Shown here: positions 17,335 to 28,064 of the stretch, one piece after another
How the letters are laid out: every line of letters begins with the position of its first letter
How positions within the stretch are numbered: the first letter of the stretch is position 1
Source: Raphidiopsis brookii D9
Lineage (GTDB): Bacteria; Cyanobacteriota; Cyanobacteriia; Cyanobacteriales; Nostocaceae
Reading direction: 5' to 3'
DNA: 32,000 nt
Assembly (NCBI GenBank): GCA_000175855.1
Contig: ACYB01000022.1
Span: 71,026-103,025, forward strand
Translations under genes and position numbers: made by a program
Notes under the pieces: model-generated
The model's database searches: none
What the model was told of the DNA's origin: nothing
What the model saw: the letters and a program-made list of their open reading frames with translations, nothing else

Positions 17335-18819
17335 ATGACAGAAATGATAACTCGGACTAGTGACACAGAATTATTAAATTGGACTGGTGATACCCTGGGT
17401 ATTGGACTATTTGAAGATGCAGTAGAGCTGAAAGACGACCTAGCAACTCTCAACCAGAAATACGGGGGAGTTTTCTCAGAAGTCATCGCTGAAGAAGAGT
17501 TCACCGGTAAAGCTAATACTACAGTGGTCATTCGTGTGGGAACCCACTCCCCCATTCGTAAGGTAATTTTTATCGGTTTAGGAAAAGTAGATACACTGAA
17601 ACTAGAAACCCTGCGCATAGCGGGTGCAACCCTTGCTAGAACCGCTAAAAAGCAAAAAACTAAAATCCTGGGTATTAGTTTTCCAATATACAATAATCAA
17701 CCAGCAGCTACCGCCCAAGCTATTACAGAAGGTGCCCAATTAGCACTTTATCAAGATATTCGGTTCAAATCAGAACCAGAAGATAAGAATCCCTCTATTG
17801 AGACCATTGACCTATTAAATTTATCGGGACAACAACCAGCTATCACCCGCGCAGAACAAATTGTTTCCGGAGTGATTTTAGCTCGGGAGTTGGTAGCAGC
17901 TCCAGCTAATGCTGTCACACCTATTACCATGGCACAAACTGCTCAAGCGATCGCCCAGGAACATGGTTTGGAACTAAAAATTCTGGAACAAGAAGACTGT
18001 GAAAAACTGGGTATGGGAGCATATTTAGGCGTAGCACAAGCTTCCGACCTTCCACCCAAGTTTATTCACCTCATCTATAAACCCCCAACCACCCCTAAAC
18101 GTAAACTAGCTATTATTGGTAAGGGTCTTACTTTTGATTCTGGTGGTTTGAATATTAAAGGAGCTGGTAGCGGAATTGAAACTATGAAAATTGACATGGG
18201 TGGAGCTGCTGCTACTCTTGGTGCTGCTAAAGCTATAGGTCAGATTAAACCAGATGTAGAAGTTCACTTCATATCAGCAGTTACTGAAAATATGATTAGC
18301 GGCAAAGCTATGCACCCAGGAGATATCCTCAAGGCATCTAATGGCAAAACTATCGAAGTAAATAACACCGATGCGGAAGGGCGTTTAACCCTAGCTGATG
18401 CTCTAGTGTATACCGATCAGTTAGGTCTGGATGCCATGGTAGATCTAGCAACCCTCACGGGCGCTTGTGTGGTAGCTTTAGGCGATGATATTGCTGGCTT
18501 ATTTACCCCTAATGATAATATAGCATCTCAATTGCAAACCGCTGCTGAGTCTTCTGGAGAAAAGATTTGGCGGATGCCAATGGAAGAAAAATATTTTGAA
18601 GGGTTAAAATCAGGTATTGCTGATATGAAAAACACCGGACCCCGCTACGGTGGTTCTATTACAGCTGCTCTATTTCTAAAGCAGTTTGTTAAAAATACAC
18701 CATGGGCACATCTGGATATAGCCGGACCTGTGTGGGCTGATAAAGAAACTGGCTACAATAGTGCTGGAGCAACTGGTTTTGGTGTGAGAACCTTGGTCAA
18801 TTGGATTGAGAGTGATTAA
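17335..18819 (+). CDS. pepA: leucyl aminopeptidase (M17 family)
   Basis: 494 aa with the M17 signatures [14 protein letters not shown] and [14 protein letters not shown]. Confidence 0.93.
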   Translation: MTEMITRTSDTELLNWTGDTLGIGLFEDAVELKDDLATLNQKYGGVFSEVIAEEEFTGKANTTVVIRVGTHSPIRKVIFIGLGKVDTLKLETLRIAGATLARTAKKQKTKILGISFPIYNNQPAATAQAITEGAQLALYQDIRFKSEPEDKNPSIETIDLLNLSGQQPAITRAEQIVSGVILARELVAAPANAVTPITMAQTAQAIAQEHGLELKILEQEDCEKLGMGAYLGVAQASDLPPKFIHLIYKPPTTPKRKLAIIGKGLTFDSGGLNIKGAGSGIETMKIDMGGAAATLGAAKAIGQIKPDVEVHFISAVTENMISGKAMHPGDILKASNGKTIEVNNTDAEGRLTLADALVYTDQLGLDAMVDLATLTGACVVALGDDIAGLFTPNDNIASQLQTAAESSGEKIWRMPMEEKYFEGLKSGIADMKNTGPRYGGSITAALFLKQFVKNTPWAHLDIAGPVWADKETGYNSAGATGFGVRTLVNWIESD

Positions 18820-18821
18820 AT

Positions 18822-19355
18822 CTAGTATTTTTGTGCTAATATTTCTCTGGGAATTGATTTCAAAAGTTCAGTATTGACACCAGATTCGCGAGTGAGAGAA
18901 ATTTTACCTGTGCGAGCAATTTCCTTCAAACCGAATTTTTGTAAAACCTGAACAATTGCTACCATTTTCCCAGGGTCTCCTACTACTTCTATGGTAAGAG
19001 AATCTTCTGCTACATCAACTACCCTAGCACGGAAAATTTGAGCCAGTTCCACCACTTCGGATCTGTTAGTGCTATTGGCATTTACCTTTAAGAGCATCAA
19101 CTCCCGCTCTACACAGGGAGTTTCTGTAACATCTTGTACCTTTAATACATTAATCAATTTATATAATTGCTTAGTTATTTGTTCAATTACGCGGTCATCT
19201 CCAGGTACCACCATAGTAATGCGGGATATTCCCTCTTGTTCAGCAGGACCAACAGCCAAGCTTTCAATGTTAAAGCCACGACGCGCAAATAAACTAGCAA
19301 TGCGAGACAAAACTCCCGCTTCATCTTCTACAAGAACTGAAAGAGTATGTTTCAT
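18822..19355 (-). CDS. ilvH: acetolactate synthase small (regulatory) subunit
   Basis: ACT-domain N-terminus [36 protein letters not shown]. The track start at 19364 is TTG, so the ATG at 19355-19353 is preferred. The stop lies 2 nt from the pepA stop. Confidence 0.9.
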   Translation of the reverse strand: MKHTLSVLVEDEAGVLSRIASLFARRGFNIESLAVGPAEQEGISRITMVVPGDDRVIEQITKQLYKLINVLKVQDVTETPCVERELMLLKVNANSTNRSEVVELAQIFRARVVDVAEDSLTIEVVGDPGKMVAIVQVLQKFGLKEIARTGKISLTRESGVNTELLKSIPREILAQKY

Positions 19356-19390
19356 GTTCGTCAAAATGGAATGGATAACTAATAACAGAC

Positions 19391-19427
19391 CGATTATAGT
19401 AGAGATGATAACAAACTACTATAATCG
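19391..19427. promoter_or_regulatory. perfect 12-bp inverted repeat with a 13-nt spacer in the ilvH / Trp-rich-gene divergent region
   Basis: CGATTATAGTAG (19391-19402) is the exact reverse complement of CTACTATAATCG (19416-19427). It lies 35 nt upstream of the ilvH ATG and 17 nt upstream of the ATG at 19445. Confidence 0.5.
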
Positions 19428-19444
19428 CGGTTCAAATTATTCCG

Positions 19445-19687
19445 ATGGCTAGAAAACAAAAGTTTCCTTATTTACTAGGTTCTAAGTGGACAGCTCAACA
19501 AAAAGTGGATGGTTGGAGACACTTTCAAGTTGTTAATCGTAAAAATCAAGGTAACTGGGTATATGCGGAAATAGTAGCTGCATGTGATCCAAAGGTGCGT
19601 TTTTGGATAAATGCCAAACTATTACAGGACAATTCCCAATGGCACCCAGGTTGGCAATCTTTAACAGAAATCAACAATAAGATGTAG
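19445..19687 (+). CDS. small tryptophan-rich conserved protein (TIGR02450-like)
   Basis: 80 aa: …LLGSKWTAQQKVDGWRHFQVVNRKNQGNWVYAEIVAACDPKVRFWINAKLLQD…GWQSL. The W-rich pattern matches my recollection of this family. Confidence 0.7.
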   Translation: MARKQKFPYLLGSKWTAQQKVDGWRHFQVVNRKNQGNWVYAEIVAACDPKVRFWINAKLLQDNSQWHPGWQSLTEINNKM

Positions 19688-19710
19688 TAGCACTTAGCGA
19701 TCGCCTTTAT

Positions 19711-19736
19711 CCATAATTCCCAAACAGGAATTATGG
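19711..19736 (+). terminator. hairpin 3' of the Trp-rich gene (10-bp perfect stem, 6-nt loop)
   Basis: CCATAATTCC-caaaca-GGAATTATGG begins 24 nt after the stop at 19687. It is followed by GGGGATATTATTCT, which is not a clean U-run. Confidence 0.45.
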
Positions 19737-20132
19737 GGGATATTATTCTATCTTAATAATAATTTACATAAAAGCTCAACCTAGTATTAAATCTCCCTAA
19801 TCCCCATATTTGGGTCTTCCCATCCTACCACTTAGCTGGATTACCCCCCATAATGGCTAATTTGTTTTTTGTAACTATTTTATATTAAAAGTAATAAAAA
19901 CTTGATTTAAGGCTAAATATAGAGATTTTTTAAAATTTAAGGGACATTTAAACCGTAAAAAATCAGTTTTGCTTGTAAATTCTACATTTAGAGCAGATTT
20001 TCGTATTTGATTGCCCTTTGCTTTATAGGGAACTTGCATAATAATGACAATCACAGACCCTAAGAAATTGCCTGGTAAAAACCCAGGATCTTTGTGGAAC
20101 CCAAAAGAAAAACTATTGAGAGATGACAAATT

Positions 20133-20999
20133 ATGAAATTAGCAGTTTATGGAAAGGGCGGTATTGGTAAATCTACAACCAGCTGTAACATATCCGTGGC
20201 CCTTGCCAAACGGGGTAAAAAGGTACTACAAATTGGCTGTGACCCAAAACATGACAGCACTTTTACCCTGACCGGGTTTTTGATTCCCACCATCATTGAC
20301 ACCCTGCAAGAAAAAGACTATCACTATGAAGATGTGTGGCCAGAGGATGTCATTTACCCTGGATATGGTGGTGTTGACTGTGTAGAAGCTGGTGGTCCAC
20401 CCGCAGGTGCAGGATGTGGTGGTTATGTGGTAGGTGAAACTGTCAAACTCTTAAAGGAACTCAATGCTTTTGATGAGTATGATGTAATTCTATTTGATGT
20501 TTTGGGTGATGTGGTTTGTGGTGGTTTTGCTGCACCTCTAAACTATGCTGACTACTGTTTAATTGTCACTGACAATGGTTTTGATGCACTCTTTGCTGCT
20601 AATCGGATTGCTGCTTCTGTCCGTGAAAAAGCCAGAACTCACCCCTTACGTTTAGCAGGTTTAATCGGTAATCGCACCGCGAAACGGGATTTAATCGAGA
20701 AGTATGTAGAAGCAGTGCCAATGCCTGTATTAGAGGTATTGCCATTGATTGAAGATATTCGTGTTTCTCGTGTTAAGGGTAAAACCCTGTTTGAAATGGC
20801 AGAATCAGACCCCTCTCTCAATTATGTTTGTGACTATTATTTGAGCATTGCTGACCAAATTTTAGCTCAACCAGAGGGGGTTGTTCCCAGTGATGCTCCT
20901 GATCGGGAATTATTTTCCCTGTTGTCAGATTTCTATTTAAATCCCACTAAACCACAGACTAATAACCAGGAACAAGAATCGAAACTGATGATGGTCTGA
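20133..20999 (+). CDS. chlL: light-independent protochlorophyllide reductase (DPOR) iron-sulfur ATP-binding protein
   Basis: [44 protein letters not shown]… has a NifH-like P-loop and cluster-ligand cysteines. 288 aa. Confidence 0.97.
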   Translation: MKLAVYGKGGIGKSTTSCNISVALAKRGKKVLQIGCDPKHDSTFTLTGFLIPTIIDTLQEKDYHYEDVWPEDVIYPGYGGVDCVEAGGPPAGAGCGGYVVGETVKLLKELNAFDEYDVILFDVLGDVVCGGFAAPLNYADYCLIVTDNGFDALFAANRIAASVREKARTHPLRLAGLIGNRTAKRDLIEKYVEAVPMPVLEVLPLIEDIRVSRVKGKTLFEMAESDPSLNYVCDYYLSIADQILAQPEGVVPSDAPDRELFSLLSDFYLNPTKPQTNNQEQESKLMMV

Positions 21000-21209
21000 A
21001 GTGTTTAATTATGGGTGAAGATCGGGAACCCAGTTGCAGCAAACTAGCTATCGAAAAACAGCTTCATCTTATCTACAAATTGTCCTCAGTCTCCCGTATC
21101 ATGGTCAGTTGCTGTTATATTACACATAAAACACAGCAGTTCTTGAAAACCTGATTTTTCTGCTTGGTTTTTTCACCCAACAACTTAGTTTTTACCGGAT
21201 AGGGGAAAT

Positions 21210-21749
21210 ATGGCTTTCTTCGATAGTTTTACTGATGCAATTAAACAAAAGTGGTTACATTTTTTTGAGGTCAATCGTGAGTGGATTGTGGTGCAAATGG
21301 CTGCACAATCAATGTCTACCCCTGATGGAGGTAAACGCCCTTCCTCCTACCTGATCCTAGGTGTGGTCAACGCTCTAGAACCCAAACTTGCTCAGTTGAT
21401 GTTTCCCTTTGCCAAGTTGAATCCTGACCCCGATATTTTAGTTGAGGTTCTGGGATTAAATTTTGACCCCGATCTTGCTATTGCAGGTCAAGCAGGTAAT
21501 CCAGATGATGGGAAAGTATATTCTGATGCACCTAGTGTGGTGGGGGAAAATCCTTCATTAGTGAATAGGTCTCTAGGGTTGAATTTACCGGATGATGATG
21601 AATTTAATGATTTCAACCAATCCCATGAGACTGGAATGGGTGAGTTGGTTTCTGACGTTTGGGGTGGGGATTCCTCTGGAAATGGGGAGGAATTACCTCC
21701 TAGGGTTTTTGATGGTTCGGAAATGGCCCGTCTCTTTCCCGAAAATTAA
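21210..21749 (+). CDS. conserved hypothetical protein embedded between chlL and chlN (acidic low-complexity C-terminal tail)
   Basis: 179-aa ORF with an ATG preceded by AGGGGA, on the same strand as chlL and chlN. The N-terminal half looks globular (MAFFDSFTDAIKQKWLHFFEVNREWIV…). The C-terminal half is rich in D, E, G and N. I recognise no catalytic motif. Confidence 0.65.
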   Translation: MAFFDSFTDAIKQKWLHFFEVNREWIVVQMAAQSMSTPDGGKRPSSYLILGVVNALEPKLAQLMFPFAKLNPDPDILVEVLGLNFDPDLAIAGQAGNPDDGKVYSDAPSVVGENPSLVNRSLGLNLPDDDEFNDFNQSHETGMGELVSDVWGGDSSGNGEELPPRVFDGSEMARLFPEN

Positions 21750-21779
21750 ATGAATATAAATAAAGGAGAGAAAAATTAA

Positions 21780-23183
<1,404 letters not shown>

Positions 23184-23206
23184 AACGGTGTATTCTTAGG
23201 CAATAT

Positions 23207-23243
23207 GGGGTCAACTTGTAAAGAAGTTAACCCCTTTTATTTT
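23207..23243 (+). terminator. intrinsic-terminator-like hairpin plus T-run after chlN, shared with convergent cupA
   Basis: GGGGTCAACTT-gtaaag-AAGTTAACCCC (11-bp stem with one mismatch) at 23207-23234 is followed by TTTTATTTT. It sits in the 59-bp gap between the chlN and cupA stops. Confidence 0.6.
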
Positions 23244-24565
23244 CATCTGTAGTTCGGACTCTGAATGCTGCGCAATTTAGCTGCATCTCGCATTCCATAA
23301 TCGGCACGAGTAAAGCGATTTAATTGAGATTCAAAAAAGTCTCGATTTGCTTGTAAGTGACGAGGATTAGTGTCATCCAGTGGATATAAAAGAGCAGTTC
23401 TTAATGCTTGAATTACAGCAGATGTAACATTGTACATGGAACGCTGAAAGGTAATTCCTAACTGAATCAACATATCATCCTCACCTCGACAATGTTGTTT
23501 ATAGTAATTTATCAAGTAGGGGGGGAGGAAATGGAGCATATCCTGCATCAGCAACGTGGGGGGAATACCCGCAGTCCCCACGGGGAACACATCAGCATAG
23601 AGAATACCATAGTGGAAATCTTTTTGGTCATTTGGCACTTGTCCAGCTTGAGCATTATATGATTTTGTTCCTCTAAATGGTGCAGTGCGGTAAAATACAG
23701 CTTCTACATAGGGTAGAGCTGCTTCATATAACCAAGTGAAACCCTTAGATTTGGGGATAACTTCATAACATTTGCCATCAACGTAAACATGATGATAAAT
23801 GGGACGACCAGCAATGGCAAAAATGCCATTTATCAGAAAATTCATGGCATCGGGAACACCGGAGAAACCCCCTTCATCATAAATATCTGACATTTCAAAA
23901 AATACGGGTGCCATTACTTCCCAAAACAGTCCTAAGTTGGCATAATAAGACATCATCCGACACTGTTCTAAAAACATGTCTGGGAACAGTTTATAAAGTG
24001 CCAACATGGGGGGGTTTTTCCGAAAGTAGGCTTTGATGGCTCGGTCAGCATTAGCTTTATATTCTTCCGAGTCTAAATAGGCATCAAATTGGTTTACGGG
24101 AGCATACATTTTACGATGCCAAAGCATGGCTTGCATACAAGCTTCCGCGAATTCCATGTTGATTCTGTCATGGAGTAAATGGTGGAACAGTTTGGGTATT
24201 TTCCCGGTTTCACCCTTTTCCATAAATGCCAAAAGTTCCGGATGTGCTGTCGCTTCACCTCGCCAAATTCTTAAATCCGCATCATCTCCAGCATAGTGAT
24301 TATGTAGGTCTAAATATTCTTGCGGTAGGAAGTATTTAAATGCGGGTAAGGGATTTAAAAATACCCTTTCACCAATGTATAGCAAATCTCTCCAATAGAA
24401 GTCCATTGGCACAGCGTATGCTTTATAAATGCCAATGATTTGCATGAGGTTTTCTGGTGTATCTGGTAGCATGGAACCACCAGCTTCTAACCGATGAATA
24501 ATATCCGCAAATTCATGGGTTGATGGTGGTAGTTTGCTGGTGGGTTTGGGAATTGTTTGTACCAT
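23243..24565 (-). CDS. cupA: CO2-hydration protein CupA (ChpY) of the NDH-1MS CO2-uptake complex
   Basis: 440 aa immediately downstream of ndhF3-ndhD3 on the same strand. It has a ChpX/ChpY-family sequence (…IIGIYKAYAVPMDFYWRDLLYIGERVF…). The size and operon order favour CupA over CupB. Confidence 0.8.
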   Translation of the reverse strand: MVQTIPKPTSKLPPSTHEFADIIHRLEAGGSMLPDTPENLMQIIGIYKAYAVPMDFYWRDLLYIGERVFLNPLPAFKYFLPQEYLDLHNHYAGDDADLRIWRGEATAHPELLAFMEKGETGKIPKLFHHLLHDRINMEFAEACMQAMLWHRKMYAPVNQFDAYLDSEEYKANADRAIKAYFRKNPPMLALYKLFPDMFLEQCRMMSYYANLGLFWEVMAPVFFEMSDIYDEGGFSGVPDAMNFLINGIFAIAGRPIYHHVYVDGKCYEVIPKSKGFTWLYEAALPYVEAVFYRTAPFRGTKSYNAQAGQVPNDQKDFHYGILYADVFPVGTAGIPPTLLMQDMLHFLPPYLINYYKQHCRGEDDMLIQLGITFQRSMYNVTSAVIQALRTALLYPLDDTNPRHLQANRDFFESQLNRFTRADYGMRDAAKLRSIQSPNYR

Positions 24566-24574
24566 GTTGGTTAA

Positions 24575-24600
24575 TTGGATTTTAGTTGGATTTTAGTTGG
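24575..24600. repeat. tandem 11-bp repeat TTGGATTTTAG x2.4 in the ndhD3-cupA intercistronic spacer
   Basis: Units occupy 24575-24585 and 24586-24596, with a partial unit at 24597-24600. On the mRNA strand this reads CTAAAATCCAA repeats ending 9 nt before the cupA ATG. Confidence 0.8.
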
Positions 24601-24628
24601 GTCTTATCTCGGATTATTAATGTTTAAT

Positions 24629-26143
24629 CTACTGCTGATGCTGATTTGTTTCTACTTGGGAAATAATGATTGTCCCCGCTGTGGAAATGGCACCTACCAT
24701 GGCAGAAGTTGTAGTTTCATTCCAACGCACTAACCAGGTTGGTTGCACTCCTAGGAAGATAATTAGTCCAGCTAGTACTAGAGCAGGTATTTTTTCTGCC
24801 CATACTACTTTGGGATAATAGGCAAGATCGTTATTAAGTTTACCAAAACAGGTACGGTTGAGTAGAATCACAAAGTAAACTGCTGTCAAACCAGAGGATG
24901 CGACACATAGGAGTGTAGGTATGGGGAAGGTGGAAAAACTTCCTTGGAAAACAATAAACTCCGCAATAAACCCGGTTAAACCAGGAATACCAGCGCTGGC
25001 CATACCCCCTAGAACAAGTAAAGCACTGACAATGGGTAGTCCCCGAATTGGACTCATCAAACCATTTAGTTTATCTAGTTCTCTAGTACCAACTTTCCCT
25101 TCGATAATTCCTACTAAATGGAAGAGAATGGCTAAAATTAGACCATGACTAAACATTTGTGCTACTGCACCCACTAAAGCTAGTTTAGTCCCAGAAGCAG
25201 TTGCAAGCAAAATATAACCCATGTGACCGATGGAACTATAAGCTACCATCCGCTTGATGTCTTTTTGAGAAATAGCTACTACTGCTCCATAAATAGCGCT
25301 AATAGCTCCCCATATTGCTAATGTGGGTGCTACCACATTCCATGCTTGGGGAAATAAGCCAAATCCAAATCTTAACAGTCCGTAGGTTCCCAATTTGGCT
25401 AGGATTCCACCCAGTAAAATAGCAATGGGAGCAGATGCTTCCACATAAGCATCTGGTAACCAGGTGTGAAAGGGAATTAGGGGAATTTTAATGCCAAAAC
25501 CTAAAATTATGCCTGCTAATAAAACTATCTGCATGGTTGTAGAAAGGTTTTGGGTGTTCACCGCATCTAGGGCAAAACTGTGGGAACCACTTAACCAGAC
25601 TATTCCTAGGAAGGTGGCTAAAATTAACGCTCCTGATACTGCTGTGTAAATCAGGAATTTCATTCCAGCATAAGCTCGTTTGTTACCCCCCCATATAGAA
25701 ATTAATAGGTAAAAGGGAATTAGTTCCATTTCGTAGAACAGGAAGAACAGTAAAAGGTTTTGAGCTAGGAATGCACCAGCAACTCCACCAGAAACTAATA
25801 AAACCAGGGAGTAGAAAAGTTTAGGACGTTCGGTATTTTCACTGCTGCTATAGATTGCAATCCAGGTTAACAAGCTGTTCAATATCAACATGAGGATTGA
25901 TAGTCCATCAACACCTAGTTGATAAGCTAGACCCAAGGTTTCATTCCAAGGTAGATATTCTGAAAACTGCATTCCCGGATTGGTGATGTCGAATTTCACC
26001 AGGATAAATGCGTTCCATAGCAGAAGTACAAACGAAATAGTTAACGACACTAGTCGAATCCTATTTCTAGGGATAATTGTGTCGGGTAGGATACTGATAA
26101 TAGCAGCACCAATGATGGGTAACCAAATTAAAACGCTCAACAT
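24629..26143 (-). CDS. ndhD3: NAD(P)H-quinone oxidoreductase subunit D3 (chain 4, CO2-uptake paralogue)
   Basis: 504-aa polytopic NuoM/NdhD-type antiporter-like subunit located between ndhF3 and cupA. Confidence 0.85.
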   Translation of the reverse strand: MLSVLIWLPIIGAAIISILPDTIIPRNRIRLVSLTISFVLLLWNAFILVKFDITNPGMQFSEYLPWNETLGLAYQLGVDGLSILMLILNSLLTWIAIYSSSENTERPKLFYSLVLLVSGGVAGAFLAQNLLLFFLFYEMELIPFYLLISIWGGNKRAYAGMKFLIYTAVSGALILATFLGIVWLSGSHSFALDAVNTQNLSTTMQIVLLAGIILGFGIKIPLIPFHTWLPDAYVEASAPIAILLGGILAKLGTYGLLRFGFGLFPQAWNVVAPTLAIWGAISAIYGAVVAISQKDIKRMVAYSSIGHMGYILLATASGTKLALVGAVAQMFSHGLILAILFHLVGIIEGKVGTRELDKLNGLMSPIRGLPIVSALLVLGGMASAGIPGLTGFIAEFIVFQGSFSTFPIPTLLCVASSGLTAVYFVILLNRTCFGKLNNDLAYYPKVVWAEKIPALVLAGLIIFLGVQPTWLVRWNETTTSAMVGAISTAGTIIISQVETNQHQQ

Positions 26144-26204
26144 AGTTTAATGATGGGTAGAATATGAGTTTGAACAGGGGGTTATAAACTGGTCATCTGG
26201 GTTT

Positions 26205-28064
26205 TTAAAAAACTAGATTCATAAATTGAACACCCCAAAAAGGCCAGGTTGCCCAAGCTCCTAAAACAGCAACACCAACTAAGACAGTGAAGGCATAAAA
26301 TTGGGTTTGTCCACTGTTGCTGTATTTCAAACTTTCTCCTCCCAAAAGGGAGAATAAACCCACGAAATTCACTATTCCATCAACCACAAATCTGTCTACA
26401 ATGTCAGCTAGTTTAGAAAGCTGGGCAACTCCAAAAATGATGGTAACTTTATAGAGTTTAGGGGTGTAAAAGTCATAAGCCAAGAGGTTTTGTAAGCCTT
26501 TCCAGGGTAAGGCAATTGGTTTGGGAATATTACCCAAGTAAATGACAGCACTAATGCTGACACCAAAAATGCTAGACCAAATTAACAGCAGTGCCACGTC
26601 TTTTTGTAATGCGGTCCAACTGGGTAGTAAGGATAAACTTTGCAAAATTAGTGGTAGATGTAAAACCATGCCAAATAATATCATCATGGGTAAAACCATC
26701 AACCAAATCGCTTCCGGTGAACGTTCACTCATTTGTTTGGGTTTGCCACCAAATATTAAACAAAATTCTCTGGTTAAACTAAAAGCTGTTAGGGCGTTCA
26801 CTGCAATAATAATTCCCACTAACCAAGGGTGATTTGCCCATATCCCATCAGCTAATTTCAGCAGGGCCCAAAAACTACCCAGGGGAGGAAAACCTATTAA
26901 ACCTAAAATTCCCACAATGAATGCTAAACCGGAAATTGGACGACGTGACCATAAACCACCCAGTTGGGTTACATCTTGGGTAATGCTATTCCAAATTATC
27001 CCCCCCGTACTCATTACTAACAATGCTGTGGATAGGGCATGGGTGAGGACTAGTAGTAAGGCAGCTTCGTCTTGCTGAGTACCTACTGCAATAAAAACTA
27101 ATCCCATATAGGTACTAACTGAGTAGGATAAACAACGTTTAATGTCAATTTGAGCGATCGCAATTAGGGAACCACCGACTGCTGTAACTGCACCGATGGC
27201 AATCATGGTGGTGGAAGCTATTGGTGATAAGCTAAATACGGGTTGGAGTTTGATTAGGACCCAAGCTCCACTTGCGACTACTACGGAGTTCCGGAGTATA
27301 GTACTGGGAATTGGCCCTTCCATGGCTTCGTCTAACCATAGGTGAAGGGGGAATTGAGCGCATTTACCCATGGGTCCAGCGATTAGAGCTAAACAAACTA
27401 AGGTGATAATGGTTGGGTCTACTTTAGCTGTCTGTGCCCAGATGGCTAGATCTTGGTAGTCCCAAGTTCCTGCTAATGTCCATAGTCCTAAAACTCCCAT
27501 CAACAGGAATAGGTCACCTACCCGTTTGGTTAAAAAAGCATCTCTTGCACCAGTTACCACCAGGGGTTGACTAAACCATAAACCTACTAGTAGGTAGGTT
27601 CCCAAGGTGAGGATTTCTAAAACCACGTAACTGAAGAATAGGTTATTGCATATAGCTAATGCACATAACCCAGCTTCAAAAAAACCTAATAGGGAGTAGA
27701 AGCGTCCCCATCCCCAGTCCATTTCCATATAGCCCACAGCATAAATTTGGGCAAGAAAGTTTAATCCGGTGATTACAACTAGAGCACCAACGCTAATTGA
27801 AGATAGTTCCAGATTAATGATTAGGTTTAAACCAGCAGTAGATAGCCATGGAATGAATACTTCTTTAGCTGGATGGTTCCAAGTGGCTATAAAAGCAATT
27901 GCTGAATGTAAAAAAGCCAAAAATGTTGTTATTAAATTGACATAACCAGCTGGTCGTGGTCCTGTTCGTTTAATTATCCCTGGAGACCAGGGTAATGCCA
28001 AAAGACCACCTAACAAAGCATAGCCAGGAACCAACCAAACGGTTTCTAGCAAGTATTGGGACAT
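26205..28064 (-). CDS. ndhF3: NAD(P)H-quinone oxidoreductase subunit F3 (chain 5, CO2-uptake paralogue)
   Basis: 619-aa polytopic NuoL/NdhF-type subunit, the first gene of the F3-D3-cupA array. Confidence 0.85.
   Translation of the reverse strand: MSQYLLETVWLVPGYALLGGLLALPWSPGIIKRTGPRPAGYVNLITTFLAFLHSAIAFIATWNHPAKEVFIPWLSTAGLNLIINLELSSISVGALVVITGLNFLAQIYAVGYMEMDWGWGRFYSLLGFFEAGLCALAICNNLFFSYVVLEILTLGTYLLVGLWFSQPLVVTGARDAFLTKRVGDLFLLMGVLGLWTLAGTWDYQDLAIWAQTAKVDPTIITLVCLALIAGPMGKCAQFPLHLWLDEAMEGPIPSTILRNSVVVASGAWVLIKLQPVFSLSPIASTTMIAIGAVTAVGGSLIAIAQIDIKRCLSYSVSTYMGLVFIAVGTQQDEAALLLVLTHALSTALLVMSTGGIIWNSITQDVTQLGGLWSRRPISGLAFIVGILGLIGFPPLGSFWALLKLADGIWANHPWLVGIIIAVNALTAFSLTREFCLIFGGKPKQMSERSPEAIWLMVLPMMILFGMVLHLPLILQSLSLLPSWTALQKDVALLLIWSSIFGVSISAVIYLGNIPKPIALPWKGLQNLLAYDFYTPKLYKVTIIFGVAQLSKLADIVDRFVVDGIVNFVGLFSLLGGESLKYSNSGQTQFYAFTVLVGVAVLGAWATWPFWGVQFMNLVF

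Noticed and set aside
17286-17693. 135-aa minus-strand ORF overlapping the hydrolase 3' end and the pepA 5' end
   Set aside because: It is antisense to two well-supported genes, and its S/R/V-rich composition is typical of the reverse frame of a real CDS.
19069-19452. 127-aa plus-strand ORF antisense to ilvH
   Set aside because: It lies almost entirely inside the well-supported ilvH CDS on the opposite strand and has no motif.
19875-20129. 84-aa minus-strand ORF in the chlL upstream region
   Set aside because: Its composition is AT-driven and rich in K, F, N and L. It has no SD and no recognisable motif, and it lies entirely in the chlL leader. It is most likely a chance ORF.
20044-20136. 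30-codon upstream ORF ([30 protein letters not shown]) whose TGA overlaps the chlL ATG (ATGA)
   Set aside because: The overlap is forced by the chlL sequence ATGAAA. A 30-codon open stretch has roughly a 10% chance in any given frame here. There is no SD and I cannot assess conservation, so it is not distinguishable from chance.
21011-21154. 47-codon ORF (MGEDREPSCSKLAIEKQL…) between chlL and the 179-aa ORF
   Set aside because: No SD, no motif and unremarkable composition. It could only be supported by conservation or ribosome-profiling data, which I do not have.
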